The notes under the pieces were generated by a model that was not told where the DNA came from, did no database searches, and was given only the letters and a program-made list of their open reading frames with translations. 45,817 bases of DNA from the IMG/VR virus record IMGVR_UViG_3300046000_002502, positions 1 to 45,817 of that record; one strand, written 5' to 3'. This document shows, piece after piece, positions 41,564-45,817 of the stretch. Positions within the stretch are counted from its first letter, which is position 1. Each line of letters opens with the position of its first letter. The stretch comes from a virus. Its lineage: Duplodnaviria > Caudoviricetes. Made by a program: the position numbers and the translations under genes.

Positions 41564-43639
41564 TTACTTATTCTTTTCCCGCTGCTCTTTTCTCTGCTTG
41601 AGAGCTTCTTCAAGGCTTGGACCTTCTGCAGGTTTACCTGCTCTTCCCTTCAGGGATTCTTCTAGCGAAAGATCGTCTGGTTGAGGAGCCGAAGGCAACG
41701 CGACAGTCGTGCCTCCTACTGTACCCGTTTCAGCAGCGCCGAACCTCTGCGCCTTCACCGCCTGGCGTGCGTCAAAGTCCTCAATAAGTTTTACCGCAGC
41801 CGCCACTTCGCGAGGGCTTTCGGAAGATAGCATCTTGGATATTTTTGCTGCTACGTCGTCGGTGATGATCGCACTTCGGCTGAGTCTGCCTGCCATTGAC
41901 GAGAGAGAGTTGATGAAGCCTCCGCCAGTCGCCACATTGATGGCAACGTCACGAAAATTTGAATCTTCACCAAATTGTGCGTTCAACCTATTCCCGCGTT
42001 GGGCTTGAATGCCTTTGAGGCTTCTCGCTGCTTCATCGACCAGCTTACTCTCCAATTCAAGAGCCGACTTGAAAAGATCAAACTTCTGAGGGCTATCAGA
42101 TATTGCTTGCATCCTAGCTGCCATCTCTGGAGAATTAATAATCCTCTTTGCAAAGTTGGCATCTGAGCTTGTGCTCATAACGTAGCTTTGGAGGTAGCGA
42201 TCAGCGCCGGTTCTAAAAGCCTCTCTTTCGGCTTCGCTGCCCATATCCGCCAAAGTTCTTGTAATTAACTCGGGCTTCATCTTGCCGAATTCTGTCATCC
42301 CACTATTCAGAGCCTCTTTGACCTCTGCATAACCTCCAAAAATTTTGCGCGCCTCCTTATAGTCTGGGACGGATTTGTCGAACGCTTCTAAAAAGGAATT
42401 CTTCTCTTCTACGTAGGAATCACCAAGAGTTGTTCTTTTCTTAGTAATAGAGTCGGTTTGCTTATCGATTAAGTCGTCCAGGTTTCTTTTAACTTGGTCT
42501 AAAATTTCAACTGTTGGGGCAACCCGTTCTCCTATCTTCTTACCAGAAGCATCAAGTACAGGAACCGTTGGCAATTTTAAACCTTTAGCCTCCAGAGATT
42601 TTTCATACAAAGCCAAAGCGTCTTTAAATTGCGGACGCTCCATATATTTCAACACTTCAGGGTCTTTTACTTCGCCGTAAGCATAAGCCGCATCATAATA
42701 TGGCTTAGCTTTTGTCCTAAGATCATCTGCTAATCTATCATTTTGCCCGAAGTAATCGCCTCTGGTGCCCATGGTTTCTCTGACTTGGCCCATGACACGA
42801 TCACGAGACCCCGTAATTTGTCGCTCTAAGGGTTCCTGCATAATTTTAGCGGCAGAGCCGGACTTCTGCGCGACAAAATCTGCCAAGTCAGTTAGCTTCT
42901 CGCCAGTATTAGAAGCCATTGAAGGGAAACCCTTCTGCTCATATTCGTACATCTTTTGATATATATCTTGGGGCTCCATATCGTCCGATTTAAGGGTACC
43001 GGATATTTTTCCCAGAGCACGGTTTTCAATAAACTTCTCACTGGGAAGGATACGCTCCCTCAGATAGCCAAGCCCAGAGCGAGCACCACGAGCTATAACT
43101 GGAACACCTGCGCCAACGGCAGTTCCCAACATCGTTCCGCCGATAGCCCCAGAAAGCCTTTCGTCTTGCTCAGCTGTTCCTGCACCCGTGATCAAGCCCT
43201 GTCCAGCACCCACTCCCATAGAGCGCACATATGGATTGGATCCTGCAAAGCGGGAGAGAGCGCCCAAAGACCTGGCACCAGCTGCCGCAGCTGCTGGCGC
43301 TGTTGCGCCTCCGGTTGCAGGGGCTGCCAAGATCGCAAGGGCAGTTGGCACCATACCGCCAGCAAATTCTGCAGCGCCAGACGTAAATGGATACCGATCT
43401 GCAAAGCGACCGTATTCTTTGCTGATGCTTTTTTGCAGATCTTCGTAGGTGCCTTCACCCCTTTGCGCCCTAGCAAAAGCCTCTGCTTCGTCACCCGTTC
43501 CCATGCCAAGGCCTTGGCCCAAAAACGCCCGAGCTAATCCTGCCGGTATGCTCGGAGGAGGAAGGTTCTCGGTCATCTCACGACGCACACGAGCTTCGTC
43601 CATCCTGTCGATGATGCTGCGGGGTACATCAACCATCAT
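41564..43639 (-). CDS. putative DNA ejection / internal virion protein
   Basis: 691 aa; G/A-rich hydrophobic N-terminal region then long helical body; last gene of a late-strand block. Confidence 0.65.
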   Translation of the reverse strand: MMVDVPRSIIDRMDEARVRREMTENLPPPSIPAGLARAFLGQGLGMGTGDEAEAFARAQRGEGTYEDLQKSISKEYGRFADRYPFTSGAAEFAGGMVPTALAILAAPATGGATAPAAAAAGARSLGALSRFAGSNPYVRSMGVGAGQGLITGAGTAEQDERLSGAIGGTMLGTAVGAGVPVIARGARSGLGYLRERILPSEKFIENRALGKISGTLKSDDMEPQDIYQKMYEYEQKGFPSMASNTGEKLTDLADFVAQKSGSAAKIMQEPLERQITGSRDRVMGQVRETMGTRGDYFGQNDRLADDLRTKAKPYYDAAYAYGEVKDPEVLKYMERPQFKDALALYEKSLEAKGLKLPTVPVLDASGKKIGERVAPTVEILDQVKRNLDDLIDKQTDSITKKRTTLGDSYVEEKNSFLEAFDKSVPDYKEARKIFGGYAEVKEALNSGMTEFGKMKPELITRTLADMGSEAEREAFRTGADRYLQSYVMSTSSDANFAKRIINSPEMAARMQAISDSPQKFDLFKSALELESKLVDEAARSLKGIQAQRGNRLNAQFGEDSNFRDVAINVATGGGFINSLSSMAGRLSRSAIITDDVAAKISKMLSSESPREVAAAVKLIEDFDARQAVKAQRFGAAETGTVGGTTVALPSAPQPDDLSLEESLKGRAGKPAEGPSLEEALKQRKEQREKNK

Positions 43640-45817
43640 TCGCCTCCTTCGGGCTTCGGCTCTTCTTTTGTCTTCTGGCGATACTTGCCAGACGCAATGT
43701 CAGCAAGACGCTGCCGTTCCTTCTCAATGCCTCTCTGCAAAGCCTCTGCGCCTTGCATTATGATTTCTTTACGAGCGGCCATGCTCTTAGCCCCGAGACC
43801 TTGGATACTCAGAAGCAATTTAATGTCGGTGTCTGACAAGACACCCTTCATCTTATCTGCAGCAGAAGAAATAGTATTGCTCTTTAAGGCCTGCTCTAAC
43901 AGCTCACTTGCTTCTACTTTCTTATCTTTTGGCATAGTGTTTTCAAGAATCGTTCGCTGCAGACGGCTGGGCAACGAAGCGTCAAACGCTTTGTCAGTAA
44001 CCCTAAAGGCGGTGTCGAGGTCTCTCTGGGCTTGTTCAAGTGTGCTTATCTTGTCCTCAGATTCAAGTTTCATTTTTGTTTCTGGGACGGACAGGGTTTC
44101 GTCAGCTTGCTTTCTTGCTGCTTGTTGGGCGTCAAGCCTTTGCTGCGCCAAGGAAAGTGTCTTTTCTCTGGCGTCCTGAGCTGCTTTTTTCTGTTCCATT
44201 GATGCGTTCAATCGCGCCATTGCTGCGTCAACAGAAGTCTGTCCGATCTCTTTAGTCCGCGCCGCATGTTCCGCGGTTCCCGGAATAAAACCTTCGTCCG
44301 TTGACTGCTTGCCAGCAGCAGACTGGGGTTCGCCAGAACGAATATATTGGTTGATCGTGTCTTTAAAGAACTGACGACGGTCTTTATTCTCCTCTGCGGC
44401 CTGCCCGCTCAACCTATCAAGCTCCTCTTTCGAGGTGCGCATCGTCAGATCTTGACCCTTCATCATCAGCTCAAGGTTGCGAGCTCTGGCCGCGCGCTTG
44501 GCTGCGGTCGTATCCTTTGAGAACTCGCCAAGCTCTTTTGCCGCCATTGAGACGTTCTCAAAGATGTTACCGGTCCTGCTCGGAGCACCAAATGCAGCCG
44601 CCAACCGGAAATACATCTCGGCTTTAGACGGTGCGTTTTCCTTTTCGCTAACCATTGATTTCTCAAGAAGAGCCCGGAAAGCCTCAGTGTCAGCACGCGA
44701 CTTCTCGCTTGCTGCTTGGATCCTGCTGGTATAATCCGCTCGGGGTCCAGCGTAGTTTCTGTAGAGCTCCTCCATGTACTCGCGACTTGGAAGTCCACGC
44801 CTACCTGCAACTGCACCAGCACCTGCACCAGCACCTTCGCCTGCAGCATCAGGGGCAGGCGAGCCTGTTTGAGCAGGAGGCTGAGCTGTGGTGACCGCAT
44901 TTCTGCGGTTCATATTTTCAAGGATTTGTTCTGCACTCATCTGAGGGCCATCATCGGGCGGAGATACAACCGTCGGACGAATCGGCTCTGCACGAGCTGC
45001 AGCTTTCGGCGCATCGCTAACTACAGCAGTCGGCGCCTGAGCAACCTGAACAGGCATCTCAATGTATGGAAGATCCGTCGGGTTCTCCAAACCATAGATG
45101 TCCGCAAGGGTCAAAAGACCACCTTGGTCACCAATTGACTGCCTGTTCTCAGGGCCGCCTCTGGAATATCCTTTGACAGACCCGCCATGGGAGAACTCTA
45201 CGCCGCCATCGGTGTAGGGATTATACTGGCCGGTATCAGGGTCGCGAGTGTACTGACTCCCTGACTGATCTTGGTATCGACCGTAATAGCCATCAACTGG
45301 TGTGTACATTTTGGCAATGTCGTTCAGACCACCACCAGTCGTGATTCCGGTGTTCGTGCCGGTCGTGGTTCCAGTGTTCGTACCAGTCGTCGTACCAGTG
45401 TTCGTACCAGTCGTCGTGCCAGTTGTGGTCCCGGTCGTCGTGTCAGTCTTCACCTTTGACGCATCCAAGAGGGCAGCATCAAACTGGCTCGGGCTGATTG
45501 CCCCAGAGGCCAGCTGCTGGCTCCAGTAGGCCAGACCTTTTACGTCTGGCTGTGCGGTATTCAAAATAGTCTTATACCTGTCTGTGACGAGGTCTTTGTA
45601 ATACGCCGGGTTTGTTGTGTAGATAGGGTTGGTCAAAGCCGTCGGCGGCACTTTCGCAACTGTCGTGGCAGTTGCTTTTGGCTGGAACTGGGGCATGTCG
45701 TAGATAGAAGCCCCAGCCAAGCGGCTGCCATAATCTTCTTGGTATTTCTTGTAGGCGGCAGTGTCGGTGTCGTAATTCTTCATCTTCGACTCGAAATTTG
45801 CATCCGCAAAGTCGGTC
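43636..45817 (-). CDS. putative DNA ejection / internal virion protein, 5' truncated by window edge
   Basis: Frame stays open from 45783 to the edge (...TDFADANFESK-M); DUF4214-like segment, TTTGTNTG repeats, FSHGGSV/YSRGG motifs, coiled-coil C-terminal half. Confidence 0.7.
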   Translation of the reverse strand, partial: TDFADANFESKMKNYDTDTAAYKKYQEDYGSRLAGASIYDMPQFQPKATATTVAKVPPTALTNPIYTTNPAYYKDLVTDRYKTILNTAQPDVKGLAYWSQQLASGAISPSQFDAALLDASKVKTDTTTGTTTGTTTGTNTGTTTGTNTGTTTGTNTGITTGGGLNDIAKMYTPVDGYYGRYQDQSGSQYTRDPDTGQYNPYTDGGVEFSHGGSVKGYSRGGPENRQSIGDQGGLLTLADIYGLENPTDLPYIEMPVQVAQAPTAVVSDAPKAAARAEPIRPTVVSPPDDGPQMSAEQILENMNRRNAVTTAQPPAQTGSPAPDAAGEGAGAGAGAVAGRRGLPSREYMEELYRNYAGPRADYTSRIQAASEKSRADTEAFRALLEKSMVSEKENAPSKAEMYFRLAAAFGAPSRTGNIFENVSMAAKELGEFSKDTTAAKRAARARNLELMMKGQDLTMRTSKEELDRLSGQAAEENKDRRQFFKDTINQYIRSGEPQSAAGKQSTDEGFIPGTAEHAARTKEIGQTSVDAAMARLNASMEQKKAAQDAREKTLSLAQQRLDAQQAARKQADETLSVPETKMKLESEDKISTLEQAQRDLDTAFRVTDKAFDASLPSRLQRTILENTMPKDKKVEASELLEQALKSNTISSAADKMKGVLSDTDIKLLLSIQGLGAKSMAARKEIIMQGAEALQRGIEKERQRLADIASGKYRQKTKEEPKPEGGE
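45333..45444. repeat. 12-bp-period coding repeat (TTTG/TNTG)
   Basis: ccagtcgtcgta / ccagtgttcgta units. Confidence 0.75.

Noticed and set aside
1-45817. tRNA, rRNA, integrase/att sites, terminal repeats, family A/B DNA polymerase or complete genome
   Set aside because: None recognised by eye. Both ends cut genes and no tail nozzle gene was identified, so part of the genome is missing and lifestyle cannot be assigned

Overview
A large, partial segment (both ends cut inside genes) of a tailed dsDNA phage genome with a podovirus-like layout. The host is probably an alphaproteobacterium, judged from GapR-like and GcrA-like genes. 1-27.5 kb (minus strand) is the late region: GapR, TerS, TerL, a 1847-aa multidomain protein, portal, GroES, scaffold, capsid, adaptor, tail fibres/RBPs, holin candidates, GH24 endolysin and overlapping spanins. 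27.6-30.35 kb (plus) is an array of small early genes driven by four near-identical promoter/operator/leader cassettes and ending in an HTH gene. 30.4-36.3 kb (minus) holds Cro-like, RuvC-like, primase-helicase, an RNAP alpha-CTD protein, iteron-like repeats and a C5 cytosine methyltransferase. 36.4-41.5 kb (plus) holds a PD-(D/E)XK nuclease, SSB, transglycosylase, GcrA and small ORFs. 41.5-45.8 kb (minus) holds putative ejection proteins. The most striking feature is the methyltransferase locus, which is dual-coded. One frame carries the catalytic motifs. A nested +1 frame carries six different 34-44 aa W[PV]TP modules bounded by 18-19 bp DNA repeats plus a motif-IX-like segment, suggesting a two-subunit multispecific MTase with a recombinable array of target-recognition modules. 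Second is a recurring [FYM]xxGG motif that marks domain boundaries in three putative virion proteins. All calls come from motif recognition by eye; no database searches were run.
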